Shown here one piece after another: positions 50,765-62,531 of a stretch of DNA of 64,000 nt. Positions within the stretch are counted from its first letter, which is position 1, and each line of letters opens with the position of its first letter. The stretch is from Antedon mediterranea (lineage: Eukaryota > Animalia > Echinodermata). The stretch covers positions 20,531,045 to 20,595,044 of the forward strand of contig NC_092680.1 in the NCBI RefSeq assembly GCF_964355755.1. Reading direction: 5' to 3'. A program made the position numbers and the translations under genes. Under the pieces are notes generated by a model, which was not told where the DNA came from, did no database searches, and was given only the letters and a program-made list of their open reading frames with translations.

Positions 50765-51789
50765 AATTCAACATCATTTATCATGATTATTGGTGGTTAA
50801 ATACAAGCCTTCCGTTCCAATAATGAAATGCAATATATACCACAAGAATTTATTTCTTCATTCATTATCATTTTTTCATTTCACAAATGTTTTACTACTA
50901 GTGTAGGTTGATTATATGAAGCTCTGTCTACACTATTAAACTTTATGTGACAAAAAAATGCTCATATACATGATGTTATATTACTACCATATTTGGGCCC
51001 ATCATACTTTTTTGTCAACTTAATTAGTTAATTGATAATGTAGACAGAGCTTTAGACGAATTATTTTTTTTCTTTTAATTCTTTTTTTTAATGTATTAAA
51101 AAATGTTGTGTTATATTTAGAAATGTTTCTTTTTATGTTTATAATTAATAATCTACAACAAATAAAATATTTATACGGATCAGAACTTGCTCTGATGTAA
51201 ATAGTACTACTTACTCACCTTTAATAATTTTGATTTGTTCAATTTGCACTTCTTTAAAAGTCTAAAGAAAAGATCACTTACAATTCTGTAGAAAGCGTAT
51301 ACTATGAACTATCAGAAAATTATACCTCAAATGTTTCTGTAAAGCTTGGTTCCCACTAGAGACACATGCAAGTGATTTGACCAATCACAAGTGACGGATT
51401 ATTCAAACAATCGCTTGTGATTGGTCAACTTGCTTGCGTTGCGTCTCTAGTGGGAATCAAGCTTTACTGAGCAACTTTAATCATCTGGTCTAATTTTACA
51501 AATTGTTTTATAATGTATTTTGGTGTATATACATGTACAGTAGTGTTTAATAAATTGTTAATGTTTGGAATTTAATGTAGTTTTCTTTGGCCACAAGTTT
51601 AGTATAAACATTGATTAATCCATGGTAAAATACCGTAATAACCACACAATTTTTTGTTTCTTGTGAGCATTTCAAACTTGGACATATCTTTATGTCTAAA
51701 AATTGACGTCCGAGTTGCGACAATTTATTTGAAACTCTAGTTCTGTCTGCTTAATAACTCTAGTACAGTAGTTGAAAGTGTTCTACTAA

Positions 51790-51900
51790 AATAGAGGGCG
51801 CTGGTATATTTTTTTTCTGGGGTCGGTCATCGGGGGATCGGGGACCGGAAGTCGAAAAAACGTGCGGCGGCGGACGAACACCGGTGTTGTTTGACCGGGG
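51790..51900 (+). promoter_or_regulatory. Putative POP1 promoter: GC/CpG-rich patch with ETS/GABP motif CCGGAAGT (51845-51852) and CTCF-like TAGAGGGCGCTG (51792-51803)
   Basis: A local CpG-rich island in an AT-rich background, ~600 nt upstream of the first coding exon, whose acceptor is at 52465. Confidence 0.55.
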
Positions 51901-52512
51901 ATAAGGTTTTCCAACAAAAACAAAAATTGCTATTGGTATAACCATTGCCAACCATTCTAGTCTAGTCCAATATAGTAGACATATTGTGAAACATATAATC
52001 TATAAATCTTAGTTTCCTAGGCCTAGCTCTAGTCTATCTAGCTACTAGGGCCTACTAGTACTACTACTACTTCTCTAGGTAGTAGGCCAACCAAGCCTAG
52101 GTAGGCTAGCTGAGGCTATCTATATAGAGGCCTAGCCTAACTAGAAGGCCTAGTAGAAACCTCCCAAACAAGCTAACCTGCAGCCTGACCGAGTAGAGTA
52201 GCTAAGGATTGTAAATTAGGCCTAGCACTATACTATAGCAGGCCTAAATTGGCTAGTTTACCAGCAGCAGTACCTTCTTAATAGAGGTAATTTAAGATAA
52301 TATAACTTTAAGACTTCGTCTTGGGCAATATAAAGCCGGCCGTATATTATCTGCATGTAAAACGACTCTACCTACTGTGTCTGATATTGATACAATTTTG
52401 ATGATATAATTATTTAAAATAATTTTATCCCTGGCTGGTATAAAAATAAAATGTATTTTTTATAGGAGGGCAGTCATATAAATACATTTCTACAGTGTGT
52501 ATTCAGCGTTGA

Positions 52513-55500
52513 ATGTCTAAAATGGATGACGAGGGTAATGAGCAGATCACAACAGGTATGCAACTTCATTTATTTTAATGATAAAACGATGATATGAAAT
52601 GCAGAATTTATTATGTTAATATTGTATTCTGTAAAATCATGGTAAAATCTAGCCTGCTGTTCATAGTGATTATAAGGTATTCGAAAAAGCTAACAATACA
52701 GTCGTTGTTTACTGTTTATGAAAACACAATCGTATTGTACTGTAGCTAAAAAAGGTATTCAAAGAGTAAAGCTCTGTCTACACTATCAAACTAGTTTGAC
52801 AAAAAAGTGTGATGTGGCCAAATATGGTAGTGATATGACATCAATATGTCCTTATATAAGCACATCACATTTTTTTTTATCACATGAAGTTTGATAGTGT
52901 AGACAGAGCGTACCATAAATTATTTGGTATAATTTCAATAATTTGTGAAAACAAAATTTAATATCTCAAACATTTTCTTTTTAAAAAATCTCAGTAATTG
53001 ATGTGGCTAAATTTGCCTCAAGCCGTGCAGATGAAATAAATACTATGATGCAAGCACTTGACGGTCGTCGCAAAGGAAAGAGGATGTTCCAGAGATTACC
53101 ACGCCATATGCGCCGGAGAGCAGTTAGTCATAATGTGAAAAGACTTCCTCGTAGTATGAGAAGTCAAGGGGAGAAAGAGGTATATTAAAGCAACATTGTT
53201 TTTAATAACTTACTTTATAACCATTGTACTATATTTAATCCGAAAAACTTCACTATTGTCTCTGCATTTTAATTTTAAAGATGAAACAAAGTAAACCAAT
53301 GCAGAAACGTAAAGAGGGCGCTGATATCGAAGACAGCAAACCGGCCAAGAAAAGATCACGGCGCCACCGTAGAAGACCAAGCAACTTGCGCAGTGAGTTT
53401 AATCGACGCCAGAGGAAGTTCATTTGGTTAGAAACACATTTGTGGCATGCAAAACGATTTAAAATGGAAGATAAGTGGGGCCACAGAATTCCACTGCATT
53501 CAAACGAGAAAGGGGTTCGAGCTGCCTATAGATCAGTTATTAAACATTGTCTGATGCAGGTAAGTTTGTCTGTTTGTCTGTCTGTTTTTTTTTGTGTGTA
53601 TAATTTTGACCTTAAAACTACTTTTGATTTTTAAATTCTTTTAGGATGTATCATACGGTGGTGTAGTTGAATTGGTTGGAAGAAAAGAGAACATTTTAAA
53701 AGTGATGAATTGTATCACAAACAAAGAAACGGGTTAGATATTTAATATCATACATACATACATTGTCTACAAAGTATAATCAATAAATGTAGGAATTCTT
53801 CTTATTTTTATTATTTCATATGCATCCAACAGCGAGTAACTCGCCAATAACAGGATGGATAAAGTATTTTATAATTTATCGTGCTTATAAACTAAGTCTT
53901 AGGGAGTGGAGTTGAAAAAGTCGTGAGGTACAACCCTGGCACTAGGTCAGGATTGAACCTCAGACTCTGGGATTGGAAGGCAAGCATGTTAACCGCCAAG
54001 ATACAGCTCCACTATGAACACCTCTAAATTTTGTAAGCACAGTATTGTAAGAGTCTTAGATAGTTAGCATAGTTGACCATCATAACCAGGGTGTTTAGAT
54101 TGATAAACCACTAAAACTCAATTACATTTGCCACTAATAATATTTCTGTATTTCTATAATGTTCTTATTTGCAGGTATCAACATATCAGACGAAAGGTAT
54201 TTGAATGGATCTCATCACGGCAGAACTATATTATATAAGAAATATTCATACCCTTATAGAGCTATTGGACCTACAGACTTCATGTGGAATGCTCTTATAA
54301 AAGATGGAACTACTCCCTCTGATGGAAGTACAAGACAGTTATGGTTATGGTTACATCCAGCTTGTTTTGATGAAACAATTGCAGAGATAAAGGGGGTGTG
54401 TTCAGAAGGTAGCATAGATGGTAACGTATCCAATAAAATTGTTCTTTAAGCTCTGTCCACACTATCAAACTTTATGTGACAAACAAAATGTGATGTGGCC
54501 ATATATGGACATGATGATGTCATATCACTACCATATTGGGCACATCACACTTTTTTTGTCAAACTAGTTTGATAGTGTAGACAGAGCTTTAGATTAGCAA
54601 TATATCATGTAATTAAATTCTTTTGCAGCCAGTATACCAATATTGCCATAAATTAAGGTTTATTTGTATGAAAAGAAAAATATCGTTAATTTTCAGTTTC
54701 AATAAATGATCTTCGTGCCGAACTGGTGCGATTTCATTTAGAAGGTCCCCTCGCACGTTCCGTTTTGATTGACGCTTTGAAAGTCGCTGATGTCGCGTGT
54801 TCATCGGAGACAGTAGAGGACCGTCATTGGTGGGAGGAACAATATTTGGTATGTATAATGAATTTTATTTTTTTAAATAAATTTATACATATGTCATTTA
54901 CTTATGCCATTTTTCTAAATACTTTTAAAAGATTATATAATATAAAAAGTATATAATTAATACTTTTAATTAGATGGTAATCCTAATATACATTTTCTAC
55001 ATTCTCATCTAAGTTTTTTTTCTTTTATTTGTTTACCACACACATTTTAATACAAAGTAAAGCATGGTTCCCACTAGCGACGCAACACAAGGACGTAACG
55101 CAACGCAAGTGAATTGACCAATCACAAATGATGGCTTATTCGCTTATGATTGCTAACTGTCTATAACTTCGCTTGTCATTGGTTAAAACGCTTGCGTTGC
55201 GTTTACGTCCTTGCGTTACGTTCTAGTGGGAACCAAGCTTAAGACAAATAATTGAAAGATATAAGTATATAAGTAATAATACAGTGTGTGATAGGTCACC
55301 AAAATAAGATTGCAGAGAATCTTTAGGTCATGGCCACCAGTTAAAATAAAAATAATAAAAAAAATAAGTAAATAAATAGTCCCTTTAATCTATTAAATTT
55401 TGTTTTTTTAATAAATTCCAATTAATAAACATTGAGCCACTTACACAGAGTATGAAGGCTGGGTTCGATTCCCAGTAAGGGGAATGATATTACACCCCTA

Positions 55501-58445
55501 CCTGGAGGCAAATACTCTGCTGCTGTGGGATAACAATAATTTACATAAAGTTACAGGTGCATTTATCATTCAATATAACAAAGTTTACATTAAGTTAATA
55601 TAGCTCCTGGACACTCTGCTTTCACTGCTTTTAATATTTTTTTTCCTCATTATTTTTGTTTCATTTTTAGTAAAAGTTTTGTATTGAATTATAATATATC
55701 ACAGAACTTAAATTTGTGTTGTGATTTCAACACCTTTTCAGTTTATTTCTTGTTAAATGTAAAATAATAATATGAATAATGAATGCAGCTATCACAGCAT
55801 TTATTATTCATTATAACAAAGTTTACATAAAGGTAATATAGCTTCTAGACACTAAGCTTCTTGTTAAATGTAAAAATAATACATTTTTTATTAGGCTAAA
55901 ATATTTGCTGCTACACTTTTATAGTCAACTCTGTTTTAATGCCAAATAACCCATCAGTAGAAGCTTGAGCTGATAATTGATACCATACAACTATTTATGT
56001 TGCTCCGTACACCCCAGTAATCATTTAAGTGGTACTGCACACTATATTTGCATATCCAGGGATGTTTTTTTTTAAAGGAAGAGATGCAGGGCCTAGAGGC
56101 TTTTGTACCAAACAGTCTCAGTCACCGAGTTACTCTATAGACCTTTTTTTTTTAAAAAGCTTCTAATTAGCAGTGATATTTAACCAAGTATTTGTGGCAA
56201 GAAAATGGTGGTAATTTATTCACACTATATTCAGTTTTCCTCTTCCAACAAAAAAAGGCCCAATTTACATTATCATTTTTCCATAAACAATAAAATGTTT
56301 GATTTACTGTATATTAATTTAGGATCCTGATAAATTGGCAGCTTACAAGGAACAATCCATTTTATGGGAGGGTATGTCTAATGTTGATATTGCAAGTAAA
56401 TTAGAATCCTGTTGCATGATGGGATTAACTGCGAGAGATCCACGTCACTTGTTGCCAAGAAAGAGAATGCAGGCAATGATAGATACTACAAAGATAAGTG
56501 AAGGTATATTGTAATATTGTATGGTGTTACACTTATTTGTTAACACGTTCACTGCCACGGCGTATTTATACGTCAAAAATTGCGTGTCGCTACTTGCCAA
56601 GACGTAATACTACGTCAAAATCGTAGCACTTTTGTATTGTATGTAGAATCGCTGGCAGTGGTGATTGGAACAGGAATTATCGCATGGCAGTTTATGAATG
56701 ATGTACGTAAACGATAATCTAAAAATAAATGTCATATGTTTGTTTGTGTTTATTACCTCATGCAGTGAATATGGTTGATACGATGGCGCCCTCACACTCA
56801 ATATAATCATCTCAAACATGTCATAAATTGCGCTAATAGTAAATAAAAATAATAAAGGATGAAATGATTCAGTGTGGTTTACTGTTTTTATCTCTCGATG
56901 ATAGGGTGGGTCAGAGGATGGGGGTCAGATATTGACCCCATCATGATAGTCTGTGACCAGATGTTACACTTTCAAACTGTAATTTAATATGTAAACGGGA
57001 CTTGGCACTGGGACAGAAATTACGGAAAATGCCTTGGCAGTCAATGTGTTAATAATCATGCATTGTGTTTTCTCTTTATAGAATCAACAACAAAAAATCT
57101 GTTAGAAAAAGACAAACTTTCCTGGTCACCTATCTGGGATCATAATGTCAGGAAGCAGGTTAAGGACACCCAGGTTTCCCAGCATAAGATCAACCAGATG
57201 AGATCCGAGCAGTTAGTGCCTGGGACACCATTAGATCTTGGCCGACAAGAATCAAGGATTCCTGTGCTTATCCTGCATAACCCTGGTTCTCAGACATTGT
57301 CCAAAGACAAGTATGGTAGTCCTAATTTTGGCACACTAGGATACGGAGCTGGTTTTGATGTTATTATTCCTAGTGGATGGGGATTGGAATTTTGGGTAGC
57401 ATTCTATTTCAGAGGTGCCCGTGCTGGTGCCAGACGCGAAGCAAGCAGCTCACACCTGCAGCAGGGAAGACCAGAATTTCCGCTAGATTATCCAGACACA
57501 CAAAGTGGTAAATTGTATGCTAAGAGTCTTCGTGAAGAACTGGTAACAAGCTACATGAAGAAACCTCCAGCTAAACGTCTAAATTATTCAAAGGTTGGAA
57601 CGGAGAATCCATTTAGTCATCCATGGGATGAACTTGTGGTGTATTGGAGAACAAATGCAGAATGGAAAGACCTCAGTAGTGCTGAAAAAAATGAGCAGTT
57701 GATAGACTTGAACCCAGAATCAGAAAATACTGATATATTTATTCTCAGAAGTAACCAGCATTTGTATCAACTACAAAATCAGTGTATTGGTAAATGTTTT
57801 AAGCCATCTACAAAGTATGAAAAGATTGTAAAAGAAAAACAGCGTAAAACTGAAAGTACACAAGCAGATTTAAAAGAAAACATTGCCTCAGTTTTCACCA
57901 ATGAGACATTTTTAAAGTTAAAATCGTCACTCGTATTTGTAATAATGCGTATGTTGAATAGAGGTGCACCCTCAATGTTTTCCATGATTTGCCTGCCGAG
58001 TAAAGAAGATTTGGAGGCGTTGGAATCAAACCCATCTTCCCCCGGACCAATTGAACCCAAACACACAGGATCACCAACGCCACGAGTTGGAAAGAAACGT
58101 GAATCTGTAAAACATAAGAAAGGCCAGCATGATAAGAAAGAACTGGATGTCAAAGGTCATCAATCTGAACTTGATAAAGAAATTGCTTTAAAGTTACAGA
58201 CATCAACAACAGATGAAATATCTACAAACATTGATTGCTGTAGTCGAACCATCATTGGTTATGTTACGAATGGAGCCCAGGCTTTCTCGGTTGGGGTTGG
58301 TTGCTCTGTTGGTCTTTGCAGCTTTGTGGGCCTAGTAAAGCTTTTGCAGCAAAAGGTACCAGAGAGACACGCTGTTGTCTTAATTCGTGATTCTAAAAGT
58401 CTTCAATACAGATATGCATACATAAAGATCACAACCGTCACATAG
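52513..58445 (+). CDS. POP1: Ribonucleases P/MRP protein subunit POP1 (845 aa, 8 coding exons)
   Basis: Exons 52513-52555, 52995-53179, 53281-53559, 53645-53732, 54175-54420, 54697-54848, 56323-56503 and 57082-58445 total 2538 nt. It has the signatures FQRLPRHMRRRAVSHNVKRLP, WLETHLWHAKRFKM, LWLWLHP, GFDVIIPSGWG..FW, FPLDYPDT, KPPAKRLNY and IGYVTNG. Confidence 0.95.
53815..54013 (-). mobile_element. tRNA(Gly)-like SINE, copy 2 (POP1 intron 4)
   Basis: Colinear with 41325-41538. Confidence 0.75.
55059..55240. mobile_element. MITE family B, intact copy in POP1 intron 6
   Basis: AAGCATGGTTCCCACTAG...CTAGTGGGAACCAAGCTT, the reverse complement of 59657-59839. Confidence 0.88.
56544..57048. mobile_element. 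piggyBac-like non-autonomous element in POP1 intron 7
   Basis: TTAA|CACGTTCACTGCCA ... TGGCAGTCAATGTG|TTAA. It fills most of the intron. Confidence 0.75.
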
Positions 58446-59046
58446 TGACAATATTTACTAAAACACTGTCTACACTATCAAAATAGTTTGACAAAAAAAA
58501 GAGTGATGTGCCCTAAATGGTAGAAACATGACATGTCCATATATGGGCACTTTACATTTTTTGGTCACATAAAGTTTGATAGTGTAGACAGAGCTTTATA
58601 AGTAATGTTGATGAAACTTATGACTTTTAGCATTCCACCCTTTGGTCAACAAACATTTTCGTTTAAAAATACGATTTATTAAAAATTTATAAATTTTAAA
58701 AAGAAGGATTTTAATTATGATTTGAATTTATTTTTGAGAGAAAAACAAAATAAATTTTAACAGTAAAAATTAATTAAAGAAATTAATTAATTTTATATTT
58801 TGGCTGAATAGTATTTAACAAATTATTATTATACTTACATTTGATAAATTAAGGAATGAATTTATCTGATCTGTGTTTTAAGAAATAAATGCAAAACTAA
58901 GATGATTTCATAGTAATCTTTATTAAGGAATGTTTATTCAAAATTAATACCAGTTTATCACCGATTTCTTCGACACAAGTTGCAGAGTATATGTCCAGAT
59001 GACCAACCAAATAATCCGTAATCCGTACGTCATACACATTCAATTT

Positions 59047-59438
59047 AAAGCGTGTTTTCCACTAGAACGCAACGCAACGACGTATCGTTCGACGCAAAGT
59101 GCTGTATTGCGTAATCACAAGTCGGAACCGACGACGCAATAGTGCTGCAAACATCGCAGGTTTGGTTTCACGCAGGTGGGGAAAACATAATTAAGCTTGG
59201 TTCCCACTAGAACGTAACGCAAGGACGTAAACGCAACGCAAGCGTTTTAACCAATGACAAGCGAAGTTATAGACCGTTAGCAATCACAAACGAATAAGCC
59301 ATCGCTTGTTGGTCAATTCACTTGCGTTGCGTTACGTCCTTGTGTTGCGTCGCTAGTGTGAACCACGCTTTATTGGAAGGGGATTTGCTTACGTTGCGTA
59401 TATTGCGTTACGTTGCATCGCTAGTGAGAAACAAGCTT
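59047..59438. mobile_element. Nested MITE: family B (59193-59370) inside a related outer MITE
   Basis: Outer TIRs AAGCGTGTTTTCCACTAG and CTAGTGAGAAACAAGCTT surround a complete inner copy. Confidence 0.8.
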
Positions 59439-59628
59439 AACACTACGGACGTTAATCATGATACATTGTAGTTTATAGGATTACAATATAATATGCCAGA
59501 TTTTTTCTGGTTTCTTTTGTATTCAAAACTACCTATTACCCACAGTATTTTCATAAAATAATATACTTCGTTTACATGTACAACACCAAATAAGTATGAT
59601 ACAGTGCAGTTTATAAGATGCATTATAT

Positions 59629-59858
59629 TATCATGGACCTATACATTAGATACTTAAGCTTGGTTCCCACTAGAACGTAACGCAAGGACGTAAACGCAAC
59701 GCAAGCGTTTTAACCAATGACAAGCGAAGTTATAGACAGTTAGCAATCACAAGCGAATAAGCCATCGCTTGTGATTGGTCAATTCACTTGCGTTGCGTTA
59801 CGTCCTTGTGTTGCGTCGCTACTAGTGGGAACCACGCTTAATGTATAGGTCCATGATA
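59629..59858. mobile_element. MITE family B (59657-59839) enclosed by a second perfect 20-bp inverted repeat
   Basis: TATCATGGACCTATACATTA (59629-59648) and TAATGTATAGGTCCATGATA (59839-59858). Confidence 0.75.
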
Positions 59859-60285
59859 TTACAATTATATGACTTTTTTTCTGGTTTCATTTATATACAA
59901 ATTACAAAACTACCTATAATTCCGTTACCCACAGTATTTTCATAAAATAATATACTTCATTTCTCATTTACTTTTCTTATTTACAGAATTTAATTCAACA
60001 AAAATATTTAAATCTTGAATTCATGAATACTTTTTACTAGTTTTTTTTTAGTTAAGTCGGATTCTAAATAAGTTGACATACTTTAACAAATATTTTTATT
60101 GCAGAAATATCGGCAAATGCACCTCACGGGGCAGCTCACAGTTTTTAATATTGCTCAACCTGATCTCACAATGGTCATGCTATTCTAAAGCTTAGTTCCA
60201 CCATGGTGCTCCATCGGCTCCATGTTCACACCCAGGACGCAACAACATGAGGTTGACGTGCGCGTAATTTGACCAGTCATGGACA

Positions 60286-60772
60286 ATTCGACCTGCCGCT
60301 TGTGATTGGTCAAATTACTTGTGTCGGGTACTTGTGTTCGGTCCTTGCGTTTCGTCATGAAACTCTTTTGCGCAAAAACAAAAAAAAAATAACAAAACAC
60401 GCATGATTCCTTGACAATTAATTATAGCGTGAGAGATTCAGCTCTATTTTATCTGAAAATAATAATCGAGTAGTACATTTTCCCTAGTGCCAAGGCGGAA
60501 CCAATCATTGTACATGCTATGGCCATACATTCGACCTGCCGCTTGTGATTGGTCAAATTACTTGTGTCGGGTACTTGTGTTCGGTCCTTGCGTTTCGTCA
60601 TGAAACTCTTTTGCGCAAAAACAAAAAAAAAATAACAAAACACGCATGATTCCTTGACAATTAATTATAGCGTGAGAGATTCAGCTCTATTTTATCTGAA
60701 AATAATAATCGAGTAGTACATTTTCCCTAGTGCCAAGGCGGAACCAATCATTGTACATGCTATGGCCATACA
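60286..60772. repeat. 243-bp exact tandem duplication covering the MOSMO-like 3' CDS end and proximal 3' UTR
   Basis: 60286-60529 is repeated at 60529-60772. Confidence 0.93.
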
Positions 60773-61207
60773 AAAAAGTCCATACGACATTCCAACTTTA
60801 GCAGTTGACGGAAGAAGGAAAGATGTTCCTCCGATGACTGGCATATCAAATCCCGCGGGAAAGAGTACAATCGCCAAACAGAAGAGAATTCCCGCTGCAA
60901 CTCCAAAGTACTTGGGATACACTATCAAAGATGGCTGCTTTCGAGTTAAAACGACCAGTATTGCGCCTATGGAAACAAGCATCATGCCAGCTATAATTAA
61001 CAGAGTTGTTATAGTCCATGCGATAGGGCTTTCGGTGGATCTACATTGTTCTTCGCGTCCAAAGATTTGCTGACATTGTACAAATAGGCCTAGATTGATG
61101 TCTCCTAGATCAGTGGACACAACCCACTCTGGAATGGCCAGACTGATTGCACAGAGTATGGAAGCCATTGTATAAGATATACCAGCACCTATCAAAAACG
61201 AATCCAT
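60692..61207 (-). CDS. MOSMO: Modulator of Smoothened-like tetraspan protein (claudin/PMP22-like), 171 aa, intronless CDS
   Basis: Four hydrophobic segments with a PEW..LGLFVQCQQIFGREEQC extracellular loop and ILFCLAIVLFPAGF...IGGTSFLLPSTAKVGMSYGLF...GK. These parallel MOSMO/ATTHOG (GLVRQCQTIHGRDRTC; FPIGF..VGGQPYKLP..VGSSYVLF). Confidence 0.85.
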   Translation of the reverse strand: MDSFLIGAGISYTMASILCAISLAIPEWVVSTDLGDINLGLFVQCQQIFGREEQCRSTESPIAWTITTLLIIAGMMLVSIGAILVVLTRKQPSLIVYPKYFGVAAGILFCLAIVLFPAGFDMPVIGGTSFLLPSTAKVGMSYGLFCMAIACTMIGSALALGKMYYSIIIFR

Positions 61208-62518
61208 TTTTTTTTTTGCAATTTAGTGAATTAATTCTCTATGTGGGGAACGATATTTTTTAATTCGAGAGACGGTGCACCTGGAATTTCGGATCGTTTT
61301 TTCGATTGACGAATGTTGCACAATATTCAAAACTGTAAGAAATTAAAATGTGATTTAAAGTTGGAAAATATGCAATTCTTTTTGAAGAATAAAATCTTGG
61401 TTAAAACAATCAAACTACACTATCAAAACGTTATGTGACAAAAAACCATGACATGCCCAAATAATATTGTAGTGATATGACATCATGTCCATAATATAGG
61501 CACATCTCACTGTTTTGTCTGTTTGATAGTGCATGATGATGTCATATAACTACCATATTTTGGCATATCATGGGCATCACACTTGTTTGTCACATAAAGT
61601 TTGATAGTGTAGACAGAGCTTTAGATTTAAATGATTGGTCATGTGATATGTTCTACTTTCAATCTCTGAACAGTTTCATATCTGTAAATATATATGTAAA
61701 ATTGTAATGTAAATGTGTTTAAATCATGACATCCGGTTCCGGCCAACCAGAAAAAAAATTGCTGCAATTTTTGTTTTATTGGGAACTCATCTTTATTCAG
61801 CGCGTCACGATCATTTCGTAAAGCGCTAGTGTCTATGCAATATCAAACTTAATGGGACAAAAAATGTCATGTGTGGCCATATATGGACTCGATGAATCAT
61901 CATTTGATAGTGTAGAAGAACGTAACTGTCAGAGTAACGTTCAGTAAAGTACAAAGACACCCTGGAGATGACTATTTATATTGTTTGGTTCAAATAGATA
62001 ATTTAATCTTCATCAGTCTTTGGGAAATGTACATCATACGACGTGATTGCGTAGTAGAGATCCGTCATCATTCGAGTTAGAAATCGGTAGAACTTGATTC
62101 TCAATCGACGGATAATAGCCTATGCCATAGGCCTACTTAATTATCATGATTAATTAACGTTTCCTAAAATTAATATAGGTAGCCACGTATAGCCTAAAAT
62201 GATACGCCACCGTTGATATATCAACATGTAGGGCATAACCCACGTACGTAAGCCTAATCTGTAATTACAGCACAGTAACTTAGCATATATGATTTCAAAA
62301 GGAAAGTGCCTACTTACCATTTTAGTCTATCGATATTGGTCTAGTTATTCGGGGATCTAGCCCTTATTGCCATGAACAAATATTATACAACATATTCTTG
62401 GATATTATATATATACAATAATCCACACAAATGACCGTAAATATAACTGAGCTAAATTATTTTGTCCATTTCTGACGTAATTAAAACCAATACATTCTGT
62501 ACAATACCATCGAATCAT

Positions 62519-62531
62519 GTTGCTAGGCAAC
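62519..62531. promoter_or_regulatory. RFX X-box (GTTGCTAGGCAAC) upstream of the MOSMO-like gene
   Basis: Near-palindromic X-box ~200 nt upstream (minus sense) of a candidate donor ATG|GTAAGT at 62318/62317. A matching 5' UTR acceptor lies at 61334-61333. Confidence 0.55.

Noticed and set aside
57779-58153. Antisense ORFs to POP1 (also 60762-61073 against MOSMO, 32449-32782 against TBPL1, 50499-50777 against geminin)
   Set aside because: Shadow ORFs on the opposite strand of real coding exons.
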